DNA of 61,881 nucleotides, counting the filler, from Hausera hauseri (taxonomy: Eukaryota): the NCBI GenBank assembly GCA_046269625.1. It is 11 parts of 11 records of this genome, joined end to end, with 100 filler letters (N's around TTAATTAATTAA, not from the genome) between each part and the next. Parts side by side here need not be neighbours in the genome. Positions count along the whole stretch, not along the records: positions 45,905 to 50,546 come from JBJURY010492243.1; positions 50,647 to 55,822 come from JBJURY010315608.1; positions 55,923 to 61,881 come from JBJURY010162754.1; 8 more parts are not named here. The stretch is one strand, 5' to 3'. The stretch's first letter is position 1, and every line of letters begins with the position of its first letter. This document shows positions 50,021 through 60,354 of the stretch, piece by piece. A model generated the notes under the pieces. It saw only the letters and a program-made list of their open reading frames with translations, was not told the DNA's origin and made no database searches. Made by a program: the position numbers and the translations under genes.

Positions 50021-50663
50021 TGCATTAATGACAAGTGTTGAAAATGCTTTTTACAAGTTCTCGACTTGTCGTTCGTATCAGCATTTTCATCGTTTTATCG
50101 TAAGTTACGTTGGACATTCAATTAATAGATTATAGAGCCGCTATCGAATGTCATGAATTACAAACTTCCAGTAAAACGTTTCGGAAAAACTTGGAAGAGT
50201 GAATGACATACTAATTGTGCCTGAAATATTCATGACTTATTCGTTGACTGTGAATAGCTTGGGAAAAGAAATCGAAGTGTCCTGCTTCGTCAAAAAATGA
50301 GGCAATAAGGTTCTGGTTCTCCGACCTCTGGTAGCCTTTCATGACTCTGTGGGCTTATAAATCTCATAGGATAATTGAACATTTTACTTCACCTAACTAA
50401 TTCACATGGGGTCATCAGTTATCGAGTAAACATAAAAGTTCTATTTAAGTTATCCACGAGTATAACAAATAACAAACTGTAAATATTTCATTTCGTTTTC
50501 CATTTAGTTTTGTGAGAGAATGGTTTGGATAAAATGATATACACGTNNNNNNNNNNNNNNNNNNNNNNNNNNNNNNNNNNNNNNNNNNNNTTAATTAATT
50601 AANNNNNNNNNNNNNNNNNNNNNNNNNNNNNNNNNNNNNNNNNNNNACTAACAATCACAATAA

Positions 50664-51124
50664 TTAAACACAGGTGGTTTTGTCCATATCACCAAAGCCA
50701 AATTCTTTGCGTTCATTTCGTGTTTCATTGACATAAAACAATCCCCATTGTTTTAGTGCCATTACACTGAATTCCGCCTCTTCACATCGAAGAAAAACGA
50801 TTTGCGGTATTTCACTGCCTTTCAAAAAAGCATACGGTTCACTGTATTGGTTTTCCAGCAACACCTTAATTTCGCCATGAAAGTCTGAATCAATGACACA
50901 GCTCACAACCATCAGATCGAGCTTTGCCAATCTGCTTTTCGATAAAAGTTAGCCGTAGTAACCAGGTGGAAACGCCGATGGAATTTTAGTCGTTAAGCAT
51001 TTGATGGAGCTCTTTATTATTGTCGCATTTACATTGGAAAACATATCATAGCCTGCACTGTTTGCTGTGACACGTCTCGGTACAGTAACACGTTCATCCG
51101 TTGAAATAATCTTTCATCATCCAT
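50664..51124 (-). pseudogene. dUTPase (trimeric type)
   Basis: VPRRVTANSAGYDMFS (motif 1), PPGYYG*LLSKS (motif 2), VIDSDFHGEIKVLL (motif 3), IPQIVF (motif 4), FGFG. Confidence 0.9.
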
Positions 51125-51239
51125 TATCATTATTCTTATTCCTATACCAATATTAAAATTGCACATATATTTATACCCTTTAATTGGAATCATGAAAGAA
51201 AAAAGAACAGATAACAACAACAACAATATTTATTGATAA

Positions 51240-52007
51240 TTATAATGTGCTTTAGCTACACGCCAAATCGGGCTTTTGATACCGTAGTTTTTTTCGTATC
51301 CTTGCAATTCAATGTTTAGTCTTGACTTCAAATCATTATCAGGCGTATTAGATATTAGTGACCGATAAAATCAAACAATTTAGTTTTTGTAGCTGATAAA
51401 ACTAGAGATTGCTGTTGCAAGGTCGTTTCGTTCAACTTTAAATCCATGTTTAATTGAAGTAAAACATCAGAAAGTTTATCACAATTTTCACCCAAAAGCT
51501 GTTTTACACGATAACTGTACTTGGGTGCGCACAGAGACACTGGATCGTTCAATGAAATCAGTACGGGCGTTTGCAGAAAATGCATTTCATACTTGCGAAA
51601 AATTCGTTTCGGTAAAAATGTCCGTGTTTGATGAGGCGGTTTTGATTTTCGTTTACGTATTCCAATCATTGCCACTTGCCTTTTTAACATCGGTTTTGCT
51701 GATTTCTGAGCAAGTTCCTTTTTCGTTTCCAGGCAATCGACATCATAGCCGTCCTCCAGACAATGGATATTAAAATTATCATACGGTTTTTCTAATTGTT
51801 GGACAGATTCTGTTTTCGTTTCCAGCAATTTGACATTAGAATTTTCTTTTTGTAGCCAAACAACCACGACCAATCTAAACTTTTATTATTCTCACAACCA
51901 CCATCATTGAGTAGAATCGTTTTATTGTCTTCCATGGCAGTAATATCTGAATGAGCATGGGAATGGCACTTATAGTTTGTTGTACAGAGTACATTATTTT
52001 GATTCAC
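51240..52007 (-). pseudogene. Viral accessory gene of unknown function, frameshifted (includes ORF 51355-51873)
   Basis: Consecutive same-strand frames between the TBP-like gene and dUTPase; basic NLS-like patch RKRKSK. Confidence 0.45.
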
Positions 52008-52015
52008 TAAAACAT

Positions 52016-52452
52016 TTATGTGGTTTTAATTTGATTAATAATCGGTTCATAGTCCACTGTCCAAATACCGAGTACAGCAATTTTTCCACTGCTAAACACA
52101 CTGACACAAAGTGGGCGAAACGATGTCAGTCTCAGTGCACGAAACATTTTAGTTTCATATGTATATTCAGTGGCCATTGTTAATTTCTACAGATTGACTG
52201 ATGGGCAGTCTAACTGAGTCTTTACCGTTATTGATTGAATTTTTCAATGAAAATTCCGAATGGCAATAGTTTACTGTTGTCATCTGTGGTTGGTTTGCGA
52301 CAACCCATAATACGACGCGTTTCCGACTAAAATATGATACATGTAAAATCTTGTGGACACTTGAGGATATACTCCCTTGGCTTTCATTGATTAAAAGGTT
52401 GTGTATTAATACACTCGGTAACACGTCCGCAATAGTTAATATTAGCTAACAT
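52016..52452 (-). pseudogene. TATA-binding protein (TBP)-like gene, ~145 codons, with 3 stops and 1 frameshift
   Basis: Repeat 1: MLANINY...FTCIIF*SETRRIMGCRK. Repeat 2: IQSITVKTQLDCPSVNL*KL...YTYETKMFRALRLTSFRPLCVSVFSSGKIAVLGI. Compare TBP IQNMVGSCDV.FPIRLEGL...[34 protein letters not shown]. Confidence 0.75.
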
Positions 52453-52539
52453 TATGGAAACAGTGTTTATACTACAGCTATTTATATGTATGTAACATGA
52501 TTATAAACAAATCATGTGAGGAAAGGTTGTATTATTTAG
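52453..52539. promoter_or_regulatory. Putative bidirectional TATA promoter between the TBP-like gene and the ATPase
   Basis: TATAAATA on the minus strand (~52479-52486) and TATAAA on the plus strand (52502-52507), in an 87-bp gap between divergent ATGs. Confidence 0.55.
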
Positions 52540-53171
52540 ATGAAGCTGCAGAATAATACAATTTTTCAGATTGTAGGCCCCAGTGGAAGTGGCAAAACAA
52601 ACTTTGTGTGTAAACTATTGCAGAACTACCGTGACATGTTCCGTTCACCGCGGTACAATCACATTTACTGGCATCAGGTGTTGATGGTGATGGTGAGTCC
52701 GGTTTGACACATTAGGAATTTTGTCAATTAAAATCGATAACGGTAGTTGATAGGTTTGATAAGAATTGGTCTGAAAGATTACGCAATGGTGACGTTATTG
52801 TCATTGACGATTTATTTCACGAAGCAACGAAACAAACTGATTTCAACTATCTATTCATGAAGATTGCATGACACCGTGGTGTAGCGGTTATTTTCATTAC
52901 CAAAAACATGCTGCATTAAGGAGGACAGCATCGAACACGAATTTCCAACGTACATTGTTTGATACTGTTCAGAAATCCCCGTCATTAAACTGACATTGAT
53001 TATGTTGCACGACAAGCATTTCCTCATAACCAAGACTACTTGATAGATGCATATTATGATGCTACAAGTTGGTATCTATTTATTGACTTTACACAACAGT
53101 GTCCCGATTACATGCATATACGAACAGATATTTTCAATCAGAAAGGTGTAAATGTCTATAAACAAATTTGA
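52540..53171 (+). pseudogene. A32/FtsK-like genome packaging ATPase
   Basis: Walker A IVGPSGSGKTNFV; Walker B VIVIDDL; LFMKIA*HRGVAVIFITKN; LFRNPR; YLFIDF...HIRTDIF. Confidence 0.9.
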
Positions 53172-53412
53172 AAATCGACACGATAGTAGTAGTAAAATGA
53201 AGAATTTCCGAAAAACATTTGTTAAATACAAACCAATCAAACAGGCATCCAAGACGAAACGTGCATCAAATACATCAAAATGCAACGCTACAGGTAAGCG
53301 ATTGATCAATTCAGAGCTTCGAACAACAATAATAGCAGCCAGACGCAAATTACCTTCAAAATGGCAACGATCAAAACAACTACGTCAACGTATCAATATT
53401 CATTGCAGAAAC

Positions 53413-53742
53413 ATGCGTTTCAAACGTAGTCAACCGTACTTTACTGCTTTGCTTAAAGCACCTTCAAGCCATAAGCGAAACATGCTACGATCATTCCTTC
53501 AATTTGCAGTAGATGATTTAATAAAGATTTTATACAATATTTTTGTGGGTTACGTTGACACTGGTAGTAGAAAGCGGAATTTACTGAAATATCGACGACG
53601 ACTAATTTCGCTTGCCAACACTCGCAGTAAACGACTGAAACGATAGGTCATGTATCAGCAGCATGGAGGATTCTTTGGTGCAATTGTACCGGTTGTTGTG
53701 TCATTACTGGGCGGTCTCATTGGTGGCAACAGTTTAATATTA
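53413..53742 (+). pseudogene. Conserved Polinton small basic virion protein with C-terminal QxGG/F site and hydrophobic tail
   Basis: MRFKRSQPYFTALLKA...ILYNIFVG...LLKYRRRLISLA...*VMYQQHGGFFGAIVPVVVSLLGGLIGG. Confidence 0.7.
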
Positions 53743-53959
53743 ACAATGACGATAAGTATATGATGATTTAGCAATATGAATGTATGGTTTTCACGCTTTT
53801 GTCCCACTTTACCGAATATTTCATTAACGTTTCTTTCTACTTGCTGCAATGCAAACACAAATGACAATACCGACGGCAACGATGGACATATGGTTCGATC
53901 CCCGTCATCCCGTTGGGTATACTGGTGTCGACACTCTTGCAAAGACTGTGTAATAGACT

Positions 53960-54903
53960 AGACGACAAAATTAGAATTGGTTCGGAAAACAGTTAGCATA
54001 CAGCCTAAACAAACCGATAAGAAAACGGTCTCCAACTCGTCCATACGGTACTATATGCGTACATAATGTATGGAAATTGTATCTGATAGAAATTGTTCAG
54101 TACGCCAGCATTAACGATGGGTATTGGTACATTCTGACTTGTATTGATGTGTTTAGTCGCTTTGTACGTGCCATTGCTGTGAAATCCAAATCCGGTAAAG
54201 AAATTGCCGACGCTGTTTACACATTAATACAACAACAATTACCACCGAAACATGTACAAACGGATATGGGTAAAGAATTTTACAATTCCCATGTTGCATT
54301 GGTTTTTAGCCGGTTCATTGTAGACCACTACTCAGAGTTTTCGCAATACAATGCTGCACTCTTTGAACGATTTAATCGAAAATTGTGCGATTGACTAACC
54401 AAATTCTTTACGAAGCAAGGCAACAAACTCTGGGTAGATGTGTCACCGGATATTATCCTTGCATACAATTATTCAACACATCGTAACATTATTGATTACG
54501 CCCGGTGAATGTAGTCGACGATTTGAATATGTGGCTTTATCGAAACCGATGAAGACCAATTAAACGTCCCAAGTACAAAATCGGTGATTATGTACGTATT
54601 TCGAAGCTGAGCATGACACCATTCATTAAGAATTTCAATCAGAACTGGAGCGATGATGTTTTTCGAATTTCTGCAATCAACACAAAACAAACACATGTTA
54701 TATACGTTTTAGAAGATGAAAATGGTGAAGAAATATGTGGCAAATTCTACGAACAGGAAGTACATGTACTACCGGAAAAACCTGATGTGTATCGCATTCA
54801 GGAAATTCTACGTTCACGCGGCAAAGGTTCTAATAAACAGTATCTCGTCAAGTGGCACAGATACACTACACCGAGTTGGGTATTTGCATCGCAGATTGAA
54901 TGA
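53960..54903 (+). pseudogene. Retroviral-like (rve) integrase with C-terminal chromodomain
   Basis: YILTCIDVFSRF, VQTDMGKEFYN, ERFNRKL, YNYSTH, KYKIGDYVRIS, NWSDDVF, GKFYEQE, QYLVKWHRY..PSWV. Confidence 0.92.
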
Positions 54904-55822
54904 TGAGCAGTTATTTGGTACTTGATAGTAACAGATTATCACAACGTAACAACAACAACAATAACAAAACCGCTGAACGGTTTACCATGGCGTTGGACCA
55001 GCCGCTCGACTTACGCCAGGGTGCCTGGGAAGTGGCTTTGGTGGAATTCACGTTTACATTTTCAACAATTATAATACGTGAGAAAAGTTGTATTTGCTAT
55101 ATTCTACTAGCAAAATCTCCTGCTTCAAGTCGTTTGCAGTTAATCCGAGACTCTAAGCGAATTAGTGTTGGTCATTATACACGGGAATATTTGCCGGTTT
55201 ATATTTTTAGTTCAAAGAATAGTTTTGCTTTAAAAAACAAACATCATATTGAATTGTAATCTAAATCATTAGCTGACACTCATACATGGGGGTTTCAATC
55301 TGTCGATGTGCACTCGAAAGTTCTACAGCTTGGTGTACATGCTGTAATTGATAAAAATTTGAATTTTTCCAATAACGTTAAAACCTATATTACAGTTAAC
55401 TGGACAAAGACTGAATTAGTTTTTACTCGATTTCTGCAGGATTAAATTTTCTTACGGAAATTGAAACAAAATTGTGCGCAGCTATCAAGGCCGTAGCTAA
55501 TTTGGCTCTAAAGACATTTGAATTAAACTCTGATGGTCGTATTTCATTTACACTACATGACAATATTACATATTTTGTCTTTGATGAACTATTGGCACGG
55601 AATATGGGTTTTACGAAACTCGAATTCGGTCAAAATAGCGGCGGACGACCCATTGTTGCTAAATACAAACCATGTCTCTACGGAGCATTTTATCGAATCA
55701 ATATTTTAACGGATCTAACCGAACCTGTTTATGTCGATGGAGACCGTAAACAACTATTGCCTTCTATTGGACTGGATTCGGACACGTACAAAACGCCAAG
55801 CGAAACTGGTCATGTAAATATC
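54900..55822 (+). pseudogene. Polinton minor capsid protein (penton), truncated by contig end
   Basis: YLVLDSN...FTMALDQPLDL..GAWEVALVEF; LARNMGF; INILTDLTEPVYVDGDRKQLL. Confidence 0.8.
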
Positions 55823-56269
55823 NNNNNNNNNNNNNNNNNNNNNNNNNNNNNNNNNNNNNNNNNNNNTTAATTAATTAANNNNNNNNNNNNNNNNNNNNNN
55901 NNNNNNNNNNNNNNNNNNNNNNTAAATTTAAAAATGTTTCTAATTTAAAGTTAGAATTTCTGTTCTCAATTATATCCTCACAATCATAGCTAAAGCCTTC
56001 ATCCTCAGATGGGTCAGCCGTTTAGGAACACCAAAACATCTCATTTCCGATCAAGAACGACAATTTGAATCCTCACTCTTTAAAGCGCTAGCCGCTCGTT
56101 TGAGTATGGAGTATAGATTTTTATATTGAAGTCTTTTCAATTTAATAAAGTGCATTAATGATATGAAAATTTCAAATTCTTATAAATGGTTTGAAACTAA
56201 TTATTTTAATAAATTATTTGGCACAGAGATATAATTAAAAACAGCAAAATTAAAATACATAATAATTTA

Positions 56270-58516
56270 TTACTTACAGTTTGACTTTCTTGTGTACTTT
56301 CTTTTAGTCAAAACTGTATTATCATAATCACCATTTTCTTCATGTTTGCGTTTCTGATTTGCTTTACCTTCTCTATACAGTTTACACAGTTTACTGGACT
56401 TTGAATGACCTTCCATATTACAGACCGAGCATTTCTTTTTCGACGAAAGTGATGGAATTGATGGAGTATTCGGTGAATTGGTTTGTGGTTCACAGTTCTG
56501 TCTCTTTGCCTTTGCCAATTTTCTTCTATCATCAGCATTTAACAAAGAATTGCCACATAATCTTTGTACATATCTTGTTCCTCGTGATAGACTTTGAAGA
56601 TATTCATACACGGTATCATCGAACTTAATCTGTTCTTCCTTGATAGTATATGACCCGTCTGGAAGTCTTACTCGTCTATAGATATTCAAATAAGATGTTC
56701 TTTGTCCTTTGAGCAGATCAACAACACTGTTTTGACTGGATTTTATTATCGGATTGTTCTGACGAAATTTTGTTTTGGTTCCAGATACATGCAAAGTCGA
56801 AGTATTTTCTTCGTGATAAACTTGAGTTTCTTCATCATATCTACTCTCTGTTTTGCTAAGATAATTGTGTTGACTCATAAATATATCTTGACATCTTTTA
56901 GAATACAGCTTTTGCAGAATTCGATTTTTTTCTGTACAATCTGTAGATTTTGTTTCTCGAGCATACATAATATGTTTATCATCACCGTTTACAGCAGCTA
57001 AAGATGTCAACATGTGACAAAGAGACCATCTACGCATATCTTTGGAACTTCTGATATCTGCCTTCATGTCAATTAAAAGTGATTTAAACTCGGCAACAGT
57101 GATTGTTCTTAAATCGCGTTGCTTTCCACTTAATTGTTTTGGTACGAGTTTATCAATACATGTGAACGAATAGCCTTGATGCTCTTTAATACTTTGAAGA
57201 TTATTTAGATCAAAATATCCTTTACCCATTATTCCATTTAAATATCCATTTGAAATCGTCCATGGTGACATTGCATCTTTATAATCGTCATGTTTTTTGA
57301 ACTTATTTGTTTGATTTGCTCCATCGACGTGAACATTATAATCCATCAGATATGACAAAATTGAATTAAACATCATGAAATCCTCCATAGACAATGTACA
57401 GTCTAACAAACATTTTACTTCCTCATTTTTAAACTTAAATGACTCAGTATTTGGATCCAATGTTAAAAATTTCTTTATCTGACTGTCTAAATCGAGGAAT
57501 GGCACAGTTGATATGATTTTATCAAGAATATCTTTCGTAATATATCCGACAGCTTTAATATGTCGATAGATCATCTTGAGTAAAATTTGATGAAAATATC
57601 CAGACGTTGGATGAGGTATCCTTTTTAGTGGCATTTGCCTCGATCCAACGAGTACTTCTTTGACTTTTCTAATTTCAATTTTTCCGTTTCCACGAATCGT
57701 TAAAAGAAAATCTTGAGGAAGCAATTGATGTTTGTAAATTGGAGTTCTAAAGAATTCATTTTCTAAACAGGTTTGAAAATCTGGACCAACAACACCCTTT
57801 TTCTGATTTTGCAAATAACCCAGAAACAAACGACGACAACCAATATCCTGAAGTCTGTTGGAAGTTTTTAGCTTTGTTACATCTGTCTTTGAATTAAAAT
57901 ATGTTACAAGGGCTGACGACAAAGTAGGAAACATTGGAAACGGAGATCGCTGTTCAGATGACTCAAAAAGAAAAACTTTTTTCATATTGAGATATTGGTC
58001 GGCATTGGTTTTGATTTTAAATGATTTATTCTTTTTTATATTTTGAATCCAAGAAACTGCGTTTGGATTAACAATCGTATTTAATGAGCAATAAATTGAT
58101 TTCATTTGTTCGAAATCTTGATTTTGTTCTACAATAACTGATTCTATATCTTGTAAAGGATCTCTAATGTGTTTTCTTTTAAACCTTAATCGTTTATTAA
58201 CAGATGGTGAAATCTCTTCTAATAATTTCGTAATATTTTCAGACTTCTTTTCAATTGTAAATGGATTAATTATAATATCGTCTTCCCACAAGTAATTTTG
58301 AAATGTTTGCATTTCGTTCATTACAATCTGGTTGACATCATCCATTTTGATCTCCTCATTAATAAAAGAACTTATTTCACCCATTTTTTCAAGTTCCTTT
58401 TCAATGATATCCTTTTCCCAAGGATAATATTTCAAATTAGTCCCAATTGAAATATCGCTAATCGTATTTTGTATTTGAGAATTATTAGTAAAAAATACTT
58501 TTGAATTCATTTTCAC
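56270..58516 (-). CDS. TAF1: Highly divergent, intronless TFIID subunit 1-like protein (DUF3591 core + zinc knuckle; no bromodomains or obvious TAND)
   Basis: LFESSEQ, LENEFFRTPIYKH....DFLL, QMPLKRIPHP, SPWTIS...GKGYF, DLRTIT...RW...YAR, YSKRCQDIFMSQHNYLS, LNIYR, KCSVCNMEGHSKSSKLCKLY, all in TAF1 order. The 748-codon frame is open; the first ATG is at about 58510. Confidence 0.85.
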   Translation of the reverse strand: MKMNSKVFFTNNSQIQNTISDISIGTNLKYYPWEKDIIEKELEKMGEISSFINEEIKMDDVNQIVMNEMQTFQNYLWEDDIIINPFTIEKKSENITKLLEEISPSVNKRLRFKRKHIRDPLQDIESVIVEQNQDFEQMKSIYCSLNTIVNPNAVSWIQNIKKNKSFKIKTNADQYLNMKKVFLFESSEQRSPFPMFPTLSSALVTYFNSKTDVTKLKTSNRLQDIGCRRLFLGYLQNQKKGVVGPDFQTCLENEFFRTPIYKHQLLPQDFLLTIRGNGKIEIRKVKEVLVGSRQMPLKRIPHPTSGYFHQILLKMIYRHIKAVGYITKDILDKIISTVPFLDLDSQIKKFLTLDPNTESFKFKNEEVKCLLDCTLSMEDFMMFNSILSYLMDYNVHVDGANQTNKFKKHDDYKDAMSPWTISNGYLNGIMGKGYFDLNNLQSIKEHQGYSFTCIDKLVPKQLSGKQRDLRTITVAEFKSLLIDMKADIRSSKDMRRWSLCHMLTSLAAVNGDDKHIMYARETKSTDCTEKNRILQKLYSKRCQDIFMSQHNYLSKTESRYDEETQVYHEENTSTLHVSGTKTKFRQNNPIIKSSQNSVVDLLKGQRTSYLNIYRRVRLPDGSYTIKEEQIKFDDTVYEYLQSLSRGTRYVQRLCGNSLLNADDRRKLAKAKRQNCEPQTNSPNTPSIPSLSSKKKCSVCNMEGHSKSSKLCKLYREGKANQKRKHEENGDYDNTVLTKRKYTRKSNCK

Positions 58517-59079
58517 ATGTCTTTTAATGAAAGACCTTCATGAAATGATGACAATTTTAATTGATAAAAATGTTTAAAGTGTTAATATTGGATAAATAAA
58601 TAATTTTTCACCTTCCTTTTGTCGATTTATTTTATTCAAATAAGAATGAACATAATTACTCCCAACACTTCAATTATAAAAATATACAATAAAATTGGAT
58701 AATTCGAAACCACGGATTTTAAATTTAAACCAATCTTATAAAAATCGAAGCGAAAAGTTGTAAAAATTATAAAAATTTGATTTTTCAAAGAAAAATTGTG
58801 TTTTAGAACCATTACATTTAAAATTAGAAATATGTCTGATGTTACAAGTTAAACCATTCTATAATCCTGTTGATCAAATTTCTATTTATATATAAAACAT
58901 GTGCGTGCACTTATTATTCATGTGTGTACAATGGTGCAAAGTTGATGAAATGTGTTAATTGAAACATTTATAAAAAACAGCATTTATCTGTAGTTCAGAA
59001 AGTAAAAATAATTTATCTAATGAAGGAGATACAGTTCGATGCAGAATTTAATTCTGCACAAAATTAAACAATAAAAATT

Positions 59080-59360
59080 AGTAGGGGAAAAATGAGAAGT
59101 CTGCCTCACCCCACGAGGGGTGTGCGAATCGATAAATCGATTTGCACGTGTCAATCTATAGTGCTCATTGTGCACTATCGAAGTGGAGTGTGCAAGGCGA
59201 CGGTGCCGCTACGCACCGTTGCTATGCACATTTTTGCACATTTCACAAATCGATCGCTGCACAGTGCTGTATAGATCGAATCGATCGGGCGAAAGTGCTA
59301 ATCGATAGTGCACATCAGTGCACATCGACTAGTGCAAAGTGCAGCTGTGCAGCAGATTTG
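59080..59360. repeat. Palindrome/hairpin-rich block, candidate terminal region of the PolB-encoding element
   Basis: Starts AGTAG. Hairpins at 59107-59122, 59122-59147 and 59188-59231; perfect 12-bp inverted repeat GTGCACTATCGA (59170-59181) / TCGATAGTGCAC (59302-59313). Confidence 0.55.
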
Positions 59361-59364
59361 CAAG

Positions 59365-59920
59365 TGCGCAAAAAGCAACAATATAGGATTTCCGATAAAC
59401 CCAATATTGATGATTAGGGCAGAACACCGGGTGAAATCCAAAGCATACATGATGGACTGTGTGAATGCGCAGTTAGAGTTTAAATATATTGATTGGTTTT
59501 CGAATAATTGTCAACTGAGACAGACTTCCCATAGGCCTTTCCGCTATAAAATGAAAATCAATAAAATCAATATGTCACATAAACTGGTGGGTGCAGTACT
59601 TGATGTACTATCGTTCAGTGAAATATTCGAGTCAAATGTGCTCTTGGATACGGTTGCTGAGGCACTTTTTCACTTTTCACACATTTGTCAGTGTGCATCG
59701 CAGGATTTATGGAATCGATTGGGATCAAGTGCAGGTAGATAGAGCACATCGAGATGCACCTTGATATATACTATGCAGTGCAAAAATCAATAATATCGGT
59801 TTTTCGATATTTCCAATATTGATGATTAGGACATGTGACGGGTGCATTCGAACACAAACATGGTGCAGTATATGAATGTGCATTTAGAATTTAAATTTTT
59901 CGATCAGTTATCGAATAATA
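59365..59920 (+). repeat. Diverged ~140-bp direct repeat (59365-59510 and 59778-59920)
   Basis: Shared GCAAAAA.CAA.AATAT, CCAATATTGATGATTAGG, TGAATG.GCA.TTAGA.TTTAAAT, TCGAATAAT. Confidence 0.8.
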
Positions 59921-60354
59921 TCGATCCAAAATGCAACTGCAACACAGAATGTCAAGTCAGATATTCGAAATTCGAATATTTTCGAGCTAGAATATCGAAA
60001 TTCGAACTATTCGAAAAATCTAAGAGCAGGAATCGATTCCACATATACGAAAACCTCCCAAGAAATAAATATTATTGCACGAAAATATACTATATAGATA
60101 TAAAATTAATATTTCGAATTAAGCAAAATGTGTATTTAAAGTACAGTGAAGGGGAAATCAATAAATCTAATAGCCGGCGGGATAGGAAATCATATATGTT
60201 GAATTGGAATATAATTTTAGATATTCGAATTCGAGCTAACAAGTCGAATATTTAGCTCTTCTAACTCGAATATTCGGTCAAGCATGCATTATTCGAAGAA
60301 TCTGATCAATCCAATCGAATCCCCATATACGAAAACCTTAAATTTGGTGCAACT

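Larger units (their letters stand above)
50647..55822. mobile_element. Maverick/Polinton (adintovirus-like) endogenous virus segment
   Basis: Compact array of dUTPase, unknown ORF, TBP-like gene, ATPase, basic protein, integrase and minor capsid. Confidence 0.92.

Noticed and set aside
12301-55822. One contiguous, active Maverick made from the PolB contig and the ATPase-integrase contig
   Set aside because: The genes are on different contigs, all are disrupted, and no major capsid or protease gene is seen; membership of one family is unproven
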